Virus record (IMG/VR): IMGVR_UViG_3300028569_000028
Coordinates: 1 to 64,000 of that record
DNA from: a virus
DNA: 64,000 bases
Reading direction: 5' to 3' (one strand)
Position 1 is the first letter of the stretch; the number at the start of each line of letters is the position of its first letter. A program made the translations under genes and the position numbers. Below are positions 54,029 through 64,000 of this stretch, one piece after another. Under the pieces are notes generated by a model. It saw only the letters and a list, made by a program, of their open reading frames with translations. It did not search any database and was not told the origin of the DNA.

Positions 54029-56839
54029 TTAGTAGTAGTAAGTTATGAAAATGCTATCGCCTTCTTCAATTTTTTCTTCACCGCTTGGGTTAGCAAAAGA
54101 ATTGATCCAAGTAAGACGAGTTTTACCGCCAACAACGCTGACAGTATAATCTTCATCTTTATGAACAGAAAGACGATTTACACAAACAATAAGAGAATTA
54201 GCAACTACTTCTCTTTCAAGTTCAATGTAGCCAAGTTCAGAACTAATAACAGTTTTTTGTTTACCAAAAGCTTTAGCTTCGATAACATCCAAACGTTGAT
54301 CTAGAGCTTCTTCAGCAGAAGTTGCTCTTGAAACTTCATTAGAAACAGAACCTTCTACAGCTGTAATATCACTTTCTGCAGTGGTCATACGACCTTCTAG
54401 AGATGTGATATTTTGTTCAGCATTAAGCATTTGAGATTGAAGAGTAGAAACGTCAGACTCTACTTCGTCCATACGGCCTTCAAGAGCAACAACGTCACCC
54501 TCAGCAGTATCCATACGGCCTTCAAGAGCTACAATATCGCCCTCAGCAGTATCCATTCTACCTTCAAGAGCTACTACATCTCCTTCAGCAGTTGTAAGTC
54601 TAGAATTAAGTCCAGACTCTACACCCATAGCTCTTATTTCTTCGTCATCAATAGCAGACTGAAGAGAAGCTTCTACGCCCATAGCACGAGACATCTCTGA
54701 GCTAACAGCACTTGTTCTATCAGAAATTTCTTGAGTAATTTGAGATTGTAAAGAACCCTCAACTCCCATAGCTCTAGTTTCTTCAGAATCAATATTACCT
54801 TGAAGAGTTTGTTCTGCACTTTCAGCACGAGACTCCTCAGAATCGATCTGAGATTGTAGAGAACCTTCCACACCCATTGCACGAGATTCTTCAGAATCAA
54901 TTTGAGACTGCAAAGATCCCTCAACGCCCATAGCGCGAGTTTCTTCTGCATCGATATTATCTTGAAGAACTTGTTCTGCACTTTCAGCGCGAGACTCTTC
55001 TGAATCAATTTGAGACTGTAAAGACCCTTCAATACCTGTTGCACGAGTTACTTCTGCATCAATTGCATCTTGAAGATCTTGTTCAGCAGCTTGAGCACGA
55101 GCTACTTCCTCTCCTAGAGCAGAAGAAGAACCTGTACCTAGAGCAGAAATTGCTCCTTGTAGGCTAGAATCTGCAGACTGGAAAGCAGCAATTACTTCTG
55201 TCAATGAATCAAGAGCAGCTGGATCAACATTACTTAGAATATTGTTGATTTGGTTTTGTAGACCTTGGTCAGCAGAAATACGAGCTGATTCTTCAGAATC
55301 AATCTGAGATTGCAAAGACCCTTCTACGCCCATAGCTCTAGTTTCTTCAGAATCAATTTGACCCTGTAGAGAACCTTCTACACCCATAGCACGAGACATT
55401 TCTTGAGAAACAGCATCTTCTCTGTCAGAAACTTCTTGAGTAACTTGGTTTTGAAGCTTACTGATACCTTCTACTAGAGAATCAGTAGAAACTACTTCTC
55501 CAGACATTTCAACATCAAGAAGAGAAAGCTCAGATTGCTGAACTCTTTCTTCAGTAAAGAACTTATTAACCATTCCTTCTTGTACGTTATCACTGTTAAT
55601 AGCGAAATCGCCATTAGCAAAAGTAACGCTTAATCCAGCATTTGGATCAGAAGATAAAGAAACATCGCCTAACTGGATTGTATTACCAGAAAGGAATAGA
55701 TCTTTAAATTTCTTGGTAGAAGAACCTAAATCATAAGCTTCATCTGTATCTGGGATAATGCTTCCAGAAATATTTCCAAGTTTTGTTTGAACTCTTTCAT
55801 TTGTGAAGTAAAGGTTAGACCCTTCAACTACTTCACTAGTAGTAAGATCATCAATTTGCTGTTGTAAAGAACCTTCGACACCCATAGCACGAGTTTCTTC
55901 AGAAGAAACCGCTGTAATTCTGTCAGAAACTTCTTGATCAAGAGCATCTTGAATAGACTCTTCCACACCCATAGCACGAGACATTTCTGAACTAACAGCA
56001 GATGTTCTGTCAGAAACTTCTTGCGTGATTTGACTTTGTAGAGAACCCTCAACTCCCATAGCACGAGACATCTCTGAGCTAACAGCAGATGTTCTATCTG
56101 AGATTTCTTGAGTGATTTGACCCTGTAGAGAACCTTCTACGCCCATAGCACGAGTTTCTTCAGAATCAATTTCTTCCTGAAGACCTTGCTCAGCAGATTG
56201 AGCACGAGAAACTTCAGATGTAATTTGAGACTGTAGAGAACCTTCTACGCCCATTGCGCGAGTTTCTTCGTCTTCAATTTTACCATCAAGAACGATATCA
56301 GCAGCTTCACGAGCTGACTCTTCAGAGTCAATATTAGACTGGAGAGTTGATTCAGCAGTTTGAGCACGAGAAATTTCTTCTCCCAAAGCTGATGTTGAAC
56401 CAGTTCCCAATGCTGATATTGCATCTACTAAGTTTTGATCGGCTTGTTGGAAAGCTTGTACAACTTCTGTCAAAGAATCTAGGGCACCCGGATCTACGTT
56501 ACTCAAAATATTGTTAATTTGAGATTGTAGACCTGCATCTCCAGCAATACGTGAAGTTTCTTCTGCATTTAGAGCTGACTGTAAAGAACCTTCTGCAGCA
56601 ACTGCACGAGACTCTTCTGTTTCAAGAGCACTTTCAAGATCTGATCTTAATTCATCTACTTGAGATTTAAAGGCAATTTCTTGCCCTTTGGACAATACTT
56701 CACCATCTGAACCAAGCTTCAAGAGTTCAATCTCTCCAGCTGGGCCTTCAATTCGTAAAGATTGGCCACTTAGAAGTTTAATTTTCGATCCGTCAACGGC
56801 ATCGTTTTTAATAAACTTCTTTTTAATTTGTTGAGCCAT
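54029..56839 (-). CDS. long acidic coiled-coil fibre protein
   Basis: ~12 RAMGVE repeats; two ALDSLTEV blocks; EGSNLYFT; IIPDTDEAYDLGSS. Confidence 0.75.
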   Translation of the reverse strand: MAQQIKKKFIKNDAVDGSKIKLLSGQSLRIEGPAGEIELLKLGSDGEVLSKGQEIAFKSQVDELRSDLESALETEESRAVAAEGSLQSALNAEETSRIAGDAGLQSQINNILSNVDPGALDSLTEVVQAFQQADQNLVDAISALGTGSTSALGEEISRAQTAESTLQSNIDSEESAREAADIVLDGKIEDEETRAMGVEGSLQSQITSEVSRAQSAEQGLQEEIDSEETRAMGVEGSLQGQITQEISDRTSAVSSEMSRAMGVEGSLQSQITQEVSDRTSAVSSEMSRAMGVEESIQDALDQEVSDRITAVSSEETRAMGVEGSLQQQIDDLTTSEVVEGSNLYFTNERVQTKLGNISGSIIPDTDEAYDLGSSTKKFKDLFLSGNTIQLGDVSLSSDPNAGLSVTFANGDFAINSDNVQEGMVNKFFTEERVQQSELSLLDVEMSGEVVSTDSLVEGISKLQNQVTQEVSDREDAVSQEMSRAMGVEGSLQGQIDSEETRAMGVEGSLQSQIDSEESARISADQGLQNQINNILSNVDPAALDSLTEVIAAFQSADSSLQGAISALGTGSSSALGEEVARAQAAEQDLQDAIDAEVTRATGIEGSLQSQIDSEESRAESAEQVLQDNIDAEETRAMGVEGSLQSQIDSEESRAMGVEGSLQSQIDSEESRAESAEQTLQGNIDSEETRAMGVEGSLQSQITQEISDRTSAVSSEMSRAMGVEASLQSAIDDEEIRAMGVESGLNSRLTTAEGDVVALEGRMDTAEGDIVALEGRMDTAEGDVVALEGRMDEVESDVSTLQSQMLNAEQNITSLEGRMTTAESDITAVEGSVSNEVSRATSAEEALDQRLDVIEAKAFGKQKTVISSELGYIELEREVVANSLIVCVNRLSVHKDEDYTVSVVGGKTRLTWINSFANPSGEEKIEEGDSIFITYYY

Positions 56840-56857
56840 TCGCTCTCCCCTTGTTGT

Positions 56858-57226
56858 TTAGTACTGAATAATCAGTACATCTGTTTCTTCTAAGAATCCA
56901 TCCAGTCCTAGGTCACTCCATGATATTTTATTTCCAATTACCTGATAGTCTATATCGTTTAACTGAGAAATTCCTCCATATATATCAATAGTAACAGCAC
57001 TAGATACTAAGGGTGTTTGCGCAAGCGTCACAAATTTGTTATTTATATCAGCTTGAGTTAATTGAATTTTTTCAACAACAGAGCCTCCAATAGGAAAACC
57101 TCCTGCTGAAACTCCATCACCCCCGTAAAATGCTTTTTTATCTACATCATAAACTACTTCGCTGCCTTGTAAAACAAGAGCAATTCTTTGAAGCGTTGTA
57201 ATCTTAGGTGCTTTAAATATCGCCAT
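56858..57226 (-). CDS. virion protein (fibre N-terminal-like motif + Ig-like C-terminus)
   Basis: EVVYDVDKK.FYGGDG...GG; DYQVIGNKISW...DVLIIQY similar to the C-terminus of the 936 aa fibre. Confidence 0.6.
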   Translation of the reverse strand: MAIFKAPKITTLQRIALVLQGSEVVYDVDKKAFYGGDGVSAGGFPIGGSVVEKIQLTQADINNKFVTLAQTPLVSSAVTIDIYGGISQLNDIDYQVIGNKISWSDLGLDGFLEETDVLIIQY

Positions 57227-57401
57227 CGTAAACTCTTAAGCCTTGGTCAATTTGGGAAGAATCTATACTCCTATCCCCCATATCAATCTGGATATCACTT
57301 TCTAGTGTATCTCCCATATCGATATCGGCTAACTCGGCAAACGTTTCAGGAGGCTCTGTCCAAACAATTTCGGCTTTAAATTGGTCAAATTTCCAAGGCA
57401 T
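57213..57401 (-). CDS. small acidic protein with IDMG repeats
   Basis: TAATG-coupled; IDMG/IDQG x3. Confidence 0.55.
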   Translation of the reverse strand: MPWKFDQFKAEIVWTEPPETFAELADIDMGDTLESDIQIDMGDRSIDSSQIDQGLRVYDGDI

Positions 57402-58237
57402 TAATACCTCGTCTTTTGAACGGATACTATTAGTTTTTTTGTTGAGTCTACGTAAGTAACTAAAACGTCTTGCACTACTTGTGTATTATATTTATAACTA
57501 TAAAGTTCGCTTATATTACTTGGAAATGTAGTGGCAATTTCATCCCACAAAACTTCATTTGGAGGAACGGTAGCTTCTTCTCTATGTTCAAACTGTCCTG
57601 TAAATAAATTAAACCTATAGTTTTTTAAAGTTTGACCTTTATAAACGGGATTAGAATTATCATAGTCAATCTGAATAAATCCAACTAATTCCTGTGCACC
57701 GCTTGTATTAGTTATTGTAAAGCCTGTGCCAAAATTGCTAGAGCTTGTCACAAGCCCAAGTCCGGCAGTTCTAATGTCCACAACAGAATTCGTCCTAGAA
57801 GCTGTAAAATCGTCTTTAAACAGCGTATTGAGCGTCAGGGATACTGCCATAGCAATTACTGAAGAAGGATCATTAGCGTTAATTTGAATCTCAATAGGAG
57901 TGGAATTCTGTGGAGCTGGATCTACCCCAAAATTATCAACGTTAAACCAAATGTGAAATGGCTTATTATCTGGAGCTGAGAAAAGTTTAATGTATGTATT
58001 TTGTAAAGAGCCAACTACGTCTGAAACACAACCTAGTGTTGTTTTGTGAGACTCAGAGCCTCTAAAATAAGAAACTTCAATTGGCTGGTTATCTAAATTA
58101 TAATCAGCTCTAAAGTGTGTATAATAGCTTGAAATTACTGATCTGGTATCGGTTGTGCGAATAGATTGTCCATGAAAGTCATGAACTTCTTTAACTATAA
58201 GGCCGGGATCATATTGGGAATTTTTATTATTAGCCAT
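57401..58237 (-). CDS. virion structural protein
   Basis: beta-rich; WFN..DPAP module shared with the nozzle; late motif upstream. Confidence 0.6.
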   Translation of the reverse strand: MANNKNSQYDPGLIVKEVHDFHGQSIRTTDTRSVISSYYTHFRADYNLDNQPIEVSYFRGSESHKTTLGCVSDVVGSLQNTYIKLFSAPDNKPFHIWFNVDNFGVDPAPQNSTPIEIQINANDPSSVIAMAVSLTLNTLFKDDFTASRTNSVVDIRTAGLGLVTSSSNFGTGFTITNTSGAQELVGFIQIDYDNSNPVYKGQTLKNYRFNLFTGQFEHREEATVPPNEVLWDEIATTFPSNISELYSYKYNTQVVQDVLVTYVDSTKKLIVSVQKTRY

Positions 58238-58251
58238 TAAAACCTCTGTTA

Positions 58252-58263
58252 TATAAGGGTGTT
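58252..58263 (-). promoter_or_regulatory. putative late promoter AACACCCTTATA
   Basis: 14 nt upstream of ATG 58237, next to GAGG RBS. Confidence 0.65.
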
Positions 58264-58293
58264 TTTTTACGTATTTCTAAGTACTTAAAAACA

Positions 58294-61200
58294 CTACACA
58301 GAGGTCGTTATAGCTCTAAATTTAATAATTCCAGATACAAAACCAGTATAATTCAAAGATGTATATTGAATTTGCCCAGTGTTAGTTATATTAAAAATAA
58401 CTCCTGTGGCATCTCCTTTGGTGCTGATTGAGTAATCCCACTCCGAGCCTTTCTGTATACCTTCTAGTTCAAAGACCTCAAATAGGTCAGTAGTAGCATC
58501 TACAGACACCGAAATAAGAGCTTTGAAAGATCTAACAACAGCATTATTAAAAGTGAATCCAGTTATACTTTCAGGAACAACCTGAGAGTTAGAAAAAGAA
58601 TAGCTTCCTTCACTGAGATCGCCCGGAGATATACCAGCACTTACCAAAGCGTCTACCTGAGCTTTTGTGTAGTAACGAATATCTCCACGAGCATCTGTAT
58701 GATACTGAATGTGGTCGTCGTTACTAAGTCCAGAAAGAAGTCCATGACTTGTTGCAACACCAGCTGGGGTATAAAGCTGAGTGCCTCTAAAATCAACATA
58801 AGATCCACCATTTATAGATCTTGTTCTAGCCTTTGGTGTATTTGTGTAAGTATTAGCAGTTTCAAAAACAACACTACCGAGAGCTACAAATTCAGCAAAT
58901 GGTAAGCCAGATAAACTGGTAATTTCAGTACTTGCAGCAAGTCTAGCAGCTGTAACATTTCCGTACTCAGCAATACCTTGAATTGCTATAATTGGAGTTT
59001 CTTTATCATTTGTGCCAAATAAATGCACAAGAACAAAAGCATTATTAGCAACTTCTGTTAATTGCCAAGAACCTGAAATTAATTGATTATAAGGTAATCT
59101 TCCAGAAACTCCAGTATATCCAGCCGTTCCGCTATAAATAACTGGAAAGGAATCTGCAGCTTTTTTACGCCACAAGGTTCCTTGTCTAAATAAAACAGGA
59201 ATTTGTGTTTCTGCGGGTAGAGTTAAAAGTAAATCCTCGTCACGAATTGTACCTTCGTCTGCTGTAAATTGAGCATGAGTTGCTAAGCTACCATCGCCAT
59301 TAACTACGAAGTTTTCTAAAGCCAAACCAGATAAGTATTGCGCTCCAAAAACTGTGTGGAGATAACTGTGAGTTTCTCCATCCATTACTAAGCCGTGTCT
59401 TTCTTCTGCAAAGTATGAATGAGTATTTGTATCTGTATTCCAGTAAACAATAGACAATAAAGCATTTTCTTTAAATAATACAGAACCGCCAACTTGAGTA
59501 GTAGAAAGAACTCCAGAAGCGTTATAATAAATAAAATGATTTCCAGCCAAGTTAGGAATTTGTATAGTTTCGGCAGAGGTTTTTGTAAACTTTATACCTC
59601 TTACATAGAATTCAAAAGAAGCTCCAACTGGAGCAATAGTGAAAGTTCTATCTGGACCAGAATCGCTAAAACTTGTCGTAGATTCTGTTCTTGTGGCAAA
59701 ACCAGTTGGTTCATTAGTTACTGTATTCTGAGCTTCTCTTCTAGCAGCAAGTTCATCTAAATGAGCTTTAATTGTTGAACCGTCGGCAACATCCCAATAA
59801 GCAGGAACTGCTTGTTGATTTGCTAAATCATCAGAATCTAAAACAACTACATTTGTTTGTCCGTTGACAGAAAGTACTGGAGCTGCAGAAATTTCAACAT
59901 AAATGCTTCCAGACCAGCGATAACATAGATTTGTGTCAAGAGCAATATAAATCTTACCAGTTTCTCCAGTTATAGGAAAAGCTGCTAAATTAGCATATTC
60001 CACAACATCATCAACATAACTTGGAAGGTAGGTTGAGTCAATTTTAGCTAGAGAGTTTAGTGGAGCAACTCCATTAGCTACACCTTTTTGAGAAACAGAA
60101 ATCTTATTAGCGGCTAATTGATCTAAAGCTCCCGCTACGTTAGATACAGCTGGAGACCAGTTTCCTGAAACTCCCATTTTATATCCAGCATCAGTAGCTG
60201 TTGGTCCAAATACTGTCCTAGTTCCGGTTAATGTATCTGAAACTTCTCCTCTATGAACATTTATTAATTGATAAAAACAAGTTCCTGTTTTATTTATACT
60301 AATAAAAGATAAATCTATTTTTTGCAAAGAAGCATTAGCAATACTAATAAAGTTTGTTGCGGTTAAGTTTGCTGTTGAATTAAAAAATCCCGTCTGAGCG
60401 AATCCCCACATTCCAGTAATTGCTAAAGCCCCTGCAGTATGTGTAATTCCGTAAATTCCATATGTGTCATACATTGCTACAGCAACATTTGCACTATTTA
60501 CAATAACATTTGCGTAACCAAGTTTACAACGATACATTCCTATCGTAGTTCCAGCTACTGGAGTTCCTGCAATATTGAGAGTTCCTTCAATTGTACAATC
60601 TACAAACTCAATAAAATTTCTATAAGTACTTGTTAAATTTACACCAGTTCCAGCTAATCCAGCAACTGAACCATTTACAAACGCACAGTTCTCAAATAAA
60701 TGTCTTCCGGGAGTATCGTTGATAACTAAAGCGTATCCAGAAGTTGGAGCAAATTCAATATCTTGTACACGAACTCTATTAGTTTGAGTTCCTGTAATAG
60801 TTAAACTTCCTATTATTTTAAATGGTCCAGAATTAGTATTGTTTCTAACAGCTGGCATAATATATAAATTGGAAACTGCATTACTTACTGTGATGTTTTC
60901 CACCATAGTAATATCATTTTTTAAATGAATTAAAATTGCTGTATTTCCACCAATATTCTGTAACTGCGCTGCGTTTACTGCTGCTTGAACTGTTTTAAAC
61001 GGCTTGTAAGGAGAACCATCTACCACAGTTCCAATATAGTCATAATTAACGTGTAATTCATGGTAATAAGTAGAAGCATCTAATTGATTTTGTACTGATG
61101 TAGAAGCTGCGTCTACATAAGTTTTAACAGCTTTTTGAGAAGGATAAAGTGTATCTGAATTTCCAGCTAATGTTCCATCTACTGATTTATTAGCAGTATC

Positions 61201-61785
61201 TTCTTTAGCATTTAAAGCTGTTTGAGTGGCTGTTGAAATTGGCTTATCTAAGTCGCTTGTATTATCAACATTTCCAAGACCAATATCATTGGGTGAAACA
61301 TAATCTGTAACTTGAAGCCAATTTGCTGGATAAGCTACTGGATTATAACCAGCTGCTCCAATTGCTATAATCATTCTAAATGAAGCACCATTAAACATTA
61401 CACCGTCACCAACAGTATATGTTACTCCATTATTATAATCACCAGTCCAACTAACATCAGTAATTAAATCTAAAGCTGCTTGGGTAGCTGTAGAAATTGG
61501 CTTGTCTAAATCACTTGTATTATCAACTTGGTCTAGGCCAATGTCGGACTTGTCCAGAACAACGTCACCAACTTGTGTGTTGACTGAAGTAACTTCTGAT
61601 GGAGAAATTTCAACGTAAGAAGTTCCATTCCATTTATAAAGCTTTTCTGTGTCAGCTGCTAAATAGATTTTACTTAATTGTCCTACTAATGGAAAAGAAG
61701 AAAGGTCGGCATATTCTTGAAAGCCGGTTCCGCCTCCCCCTCCAGAAATTGAAATATATCCAAGTCTAATTGCGGTATGAGCCAT
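58294..61785 (-). CDS. tail fibre/spike with beta-helix-like region
   Basis: DIGL..VDNTSDLDKPISTATQ x2; CBM-like Y..GVTYTVGDGV; DGS.YKPFKTVQAAVNA cap before a beta-helix. Confidence 0.75.
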   Translation of the reverse strand: MAHTAIRLGYISISGGGGGTGFQEYADLSSFPLVGQLSKIYLAADTEKLYKWNGTSYVEISPSEVTSVNTQVGDVVLDKSDIGLDQVDNTSDLDKPISTATQAALDLITDVSWTGDYNNGVTYTVGDGVMFNGASFRMIIAIGAAGYNPVAYPANWLQVTDYVSPNDIGLGNVDNTSDLDKPISTATQTALNAKEDTANKSVDGTLAGNSDTLYPSQKAVKTYVDAASTSVQNQLDASTYYHELHVNYDYIGTVVDGSPYKPFKTVQAAVNAAQLQNIGGNTAILIHLKNDITMVENITVSNAVSNLYIMPAVRNNTNSGPFKIIGSLTITGTQTNRVRVQDIEFAPTSGYALVINDTPGRHLFENCAFVNGSVAGLAGTGVNLTSTYRNFIEFVDCTIEGTLNIAGTPVAGTTIGMYRCKLGYANVIVNSANVAVAMYDTYGIYGITHTAGALAITGMWGFAQTGFFNSTANLTATNFISIANASLQKIDLSFISINKTGTCFYQLINVHRGEVSDTLTGTRTVFGPTATDAGYKMGVSGNWSPAVSNVAGALDQLAANKISVSQKGVANGVAPLNSLAKIDSTYLPSYVDDVVEYANLAAFPITGETGKIYIALDTNLCYRWSGSIYVEISAAPVLSVNGQTNVVVLDSDDLANQQAVPAYWDVADGSTIKAHLDELAARREAQNTVTNEPTGFATRTESTTSFSDSGPDRTFTIAPVGASFEFYVRGIKFTKTSAETIQIPNLAGNHFIYYNASGVLSTTQVGGSVLFKENALLSIVYWNTDTNTHSYFAEERHGLVMDGETHSYLHTVFGAQYLSGLALENFVVNGDGSLATHAQFTADEGTIRDEDLLLTLPAETQIPVLFRQGTLWRKKAADSFPVIYSGTAGYTGVSGRLPYNQLISGSWQLTEVANNAFVLVHLFGTNDKETPIIAIQGIAEYGNVTAARLAASTEITSLSGLPFAEFVALGSVVFETANTYTNTPKARTRSINGGSYVDFRGTQLYTPAGVATSHGLLSGLSNDDHIQYHTDARGDIRYYTKAQVDALVSAGISPGDLSEGSYSFSNSQVVPESITGFTFNNAVVRSFKALISVSVDATTDLFEVFELEGIQKGSEWDYSISTKGDATGVIFNITNTGQIQYTSLNYTGFVSGIIKFRAITTSV

Positions 61786-61787
61786 AA

Positions 61788-62144
61788 CTAGTGCCTTTGT
61801 TTAGCAGCGTAAAATATTCTTGTAACGTCTAATGCACCAGAAACGACATCTACCTTAACTCTGGCAAATAAAGCTCCAGAACCAGCAATGTCCCAAATGT
61901 GAGAGCCTGATGCATCTGTTATAGCTTGTGTCGATTCTACAATGTCAGCAAAATTTATATTGTCTGAGGAAATTTGTAAAATAAGACTCATGGCAGGAGA
62001 AACGCCATTGTCATAGTTAACTTGAATGGAAAACTCGCTTTCTCTGTCATCCAAAGAAAACGCTGGAGAAACCCATGTAGCATTAACAGTTTCTGGTCCA
62101 TCCAATATCTCTTTGAGGCGAATTGCATCTAAAATAAAGCTCAT
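61788..62144 (-). CDS. beta-sandwich virion protein
   Basis: LQISSDNINFADI...ARVKV. Confidence 0.55.
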   Translation of the reverse strand: MSFILDAIRLKEILDGPETVNATWVSPAFSLDDRESEFSIQVNYDNGVSPAMSLILQISSDNINFADIVESTQAITDASGSHIWDIAGSGALFARVKVDVVSGALDVTRIFYAAKQRH

Positions 62145-62422
62145 TTTTCTTCCTCTTTTTTATCAAATTCTATTCTACCCTTGTCTGCAGTCATTCTTCT
62201 TCCTAAATATGCAAACAAACATCCAAAAAATAAATAATTAGCAGCATCTAAGTCAACAGTTCCCAGAATTTTAGTAACCTTCCCAATTTGTCCAAGAAGT
62301 GCTGTATTAAAAGATATGAAAGCAAAAGTAGCAGTTATGGAAGGCTTACCATCAACCCTTATCATTGGTAATGGTATTCCATACTGGTTCATTTTCTTAA
62401 ACAATTCCTTTATCTTTTCCAC
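62141..62422 (-). CDS. membrane protein with two hydrophobic segments (holin candidate)
   Basis: GKPSITATF...LFFGCLFAYLGRR, charged C-terminal tail. Confidence 0.5.
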   Translation of the reverse strand: MEKIKELFKKMNQYGIPLPMIRVDGKPSITATFAFISFNTALLGQIGKVTKILGTVDLDAANYLFFGCLFAYLGRRMTADKGRIEFDKKEEEK

Positions 62423-62907
62423 TATCTCTTACCTTTTTTCCAGTCTTCAAAAGAATAAACTTTAGCTGAAACAATAGTGTGGTTATCATAAAGCTTTGTA
62501 ACAGCTCTTAAATAACCCCGGTAAGCTCTATAATCTTTCTTTTCTTCCGTTGAAATTGCACAATCAGCAAGTTGCGTCCAGTCAGTCATTGCTAAAAGCT
62601 GCGTTCTTTTTCTTCTAAAGATCTTCCAAATATCTTCTACTGAGTTAGGAGAAGCTTCTTCAATCTTAAGCTCAACGCCTTCTGTAAGCTTGTAATACCT
62701 TACAATATTACCATCAACAAGTTCCGTTTTTTCATCCACTACAAATGGTTGATTTTCTGGAGTTATATAACTTTCTTCAACCCACTTGGAAATTCCATTC
62801 CAATGTCCAAAAGCTAAATGATAGTCTCTATAAAGCTGGGCAAGTTCTGAAGTTTCAAATTCATGCACTTGCTCAATATCGCCTTGACGAACAATAAGCT
62901 TGTGCAT
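62422..62907 (-). CDS. tail fibre assembly chaperone
   Basis: RRKRTQLLAMTDWTQLADC....YRAYRGYLR. Confidence 0.75.
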   Translation of the reverse strand: MHKLIVRQGDIEQVHEFETSELAQLYRDYHLAFGHWNGISKWVEESYITPENQPFVVDEKTELVDGNIVRYYKLTEGVELKIEEASPNSVEDIWKIFRRKRTQLLAMTDWTQLADCAISTEEKKDYRAYRGYLRAVTKLYDNHTIVSAKVYSFEDWKKGKR

Positions 62908-62917
62908 GAATTAATCC

Positions 62918-63403
62918 TTACTTAATAATTGCTTCTCTAGCCATTTGTCTTTGCTGCAATAGCTCTTGGAATTCCTCTCCAGATAAGCTTGTAGCTAAAC
63001 CTATATCTTGCTGATCGCGATGGCGTAGAACTTTCCAATCATTTCCATCAAGAAAAGCTTGTGCTTCTGCATTTGCTTTTTCTTGCTCAAGCTGAGAAGT
63101 TATGTCAACAATCTCAACTTCGTAGCTGCCCGGAATATGCATTTCCTGCATTTCATGTTGAGCTGGAACAATTTCTACATCTTGAAACTGTGGAGGATCA
63201 AATGATTCTCCGTTTTCATCAAGTACTTCTTGAGATTCAAGAACTGCTGGAGAAATTTCTACTTGCTGTTGAATTGTCTGGGCTGGTTCGCCAAAACTTT
63301 TCATGCCTTCGTGGTGAGAAAGCCAAGCTTGCGCCTCTTCCTGTGAAGGAAAAGACGCTTGGTTAGTAATTTGATCTTGTTTTTTTATTGATATTTTAAT
63401 CAT
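62918..63403 (-). CDS. tail fibre chaperone-like protein
   Basis: AQAFLDGNDWKVLR...RQMAREAI. Confidence 0.6.
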   Translation of the reverse strand: MIKISIKKQDQITNQASFPSQEEAQAWLSHHEGMKSFGEPAQTIQQQVEISPAVLESQEVLDENGESFDPPQFQDVEIVPAQHEMQEMHIPGSYEVEIVDITSQLEQEKANAEAQAFLDGNDWKVLRHRDQQDIGLATSLSGEEFQELLQQRQMAREAIIK

Positions 63404-63405
63404 AA

Positions 63406-64000
63406 TTAATTCCTTCCACCAATATTAGTTTTTGTAATTGAAAATTGGTTCCATATGTTATTAGAAATTAAAGCTACCGCTCCTGAATTATTATGAAAAG
63501 TAGACATACTAAGGATATCATTCTTCTTTAAATAAATTATATCAGAATTTCCTCCTCCTACATTTGTAGTACCCGCTACTATAGATCGACGAGTACTCAC
63601 TACTACTCCATTCTTTACAAAACTCACGTCCACAACTAATCCAGTAGTCCAAGAAGTACTGGCATACAATATATTACCATTTACTTGATAATATCCGGCT
63701 TCTGGTGCAGTAAATACTCCAGTCGCATTATTCAAACTTGCATTCGTATCAAAAGATTTAGCTGAGTCATACGTAATAGTCGTTGGAGTAGATGCTGGAA
63801 TACTTTGTCCACTACTTTGAACGCCTCTCGCACTTACACGCTCAATATTCATGCCAGTTAAAGCTGGATTCTTGCTTGCGTTGATTACGAGGTAGCCGGA
63901 AGTTTGTGTTGAAATATCATCGAAATAGAATCGACTATCTGTATAAGTTGTATTGGCTACAGCTCCTGCATCGACTATCAAAACCCCTGTTACTTCATTA
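63406..64000 (-). CDS. C-terminal part of a tail fibre with C1q/TNF-like head (truncated by window edge)
   Basis: FDTNASLNNATGVFTAPEAGYYQV...IIYLKKND....F.I. Confidence 0.7.
   Translation of the reverse strand, partial: NEVTGVLIVDAGAVANTTYTDSRFYFDDISTQTSGYLVINASKNPALTGMNIERVSARGVQSSGQSIPASTPTTITYDSAKSFDTNASLNNATGVFTAPEAGYYQVNGNILYASTSWTTGLVVDVSFVKNGVVVSTRRSIVAGTTNVGGGNSDIIYLKKNDILSMSTFHNNSGAVALISNNIWNQFSITKTNIGGRN

Noticed and set aside
37692-63403. Short + strand ORFs inside late genes (and - strand ORFs inside early genes)
   Set aside because: Antisense shadows of long genes, with no RBS or recognisable motifs.
1-64000. Stop-codon reassignment
   Set aside because: Long genes are intact and densely packed under the standard code, and TAA, TAG and TGA all end genes.

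Overview
This window is about 64 kb of an AT-rich, apparently lytic dsDNA tailed phage (standard genetic code). It probably starts at or near a physical genome end. Bases ~367-37411 are a + strand early/middle arm. It carries many small ORFs, a pyrimidine-dimer glycosylase, a PhaR-N-like regulator, a MoxR AAA+/vWA-metallopeptidase pair, class II RNR, a PD-(D/E)XK nuclease, ERF recombinase, DnaB-like helicase, AEP-type primase and a family B polymerase interrupted by a -1 frameshift. It also carries HNH/GIY-YIG endonucleases, SLT and M15 muralytic enzymes, a secreted ClpP-like protease and a truncated ClpX. Bases ~37408-64000 are a convergent - strand late arm of podovirus-like virion genes (ejection proteins, GNAT, nozzle, adaptor, fibres, chaperones). 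Capsid, portal and terminase are not in the window. Main unexplained signals: (1) nine otherwise divergent proteins, mostly small and SH3/KOW-like, share a C-terminal [ST]-[SPG]-L-x-x-E-L-[LIFE] tail, and the phage also encodes a ClpX lacking its zinc-binding domain, IGF loop and RKH loop, which together suggest a phage tag/adaptor system; (2) a cluster of consensus sigma54 (-24/-12) sites at the left end; (3) a 12-bp AACACCCTTATA motif ahead of late genes; (4) an SSB-like DEEIPF tail on the MoxR ATPase; (5) several candidate structured RNAs. All family calls come from motif recognition by eye; no database searches were run.
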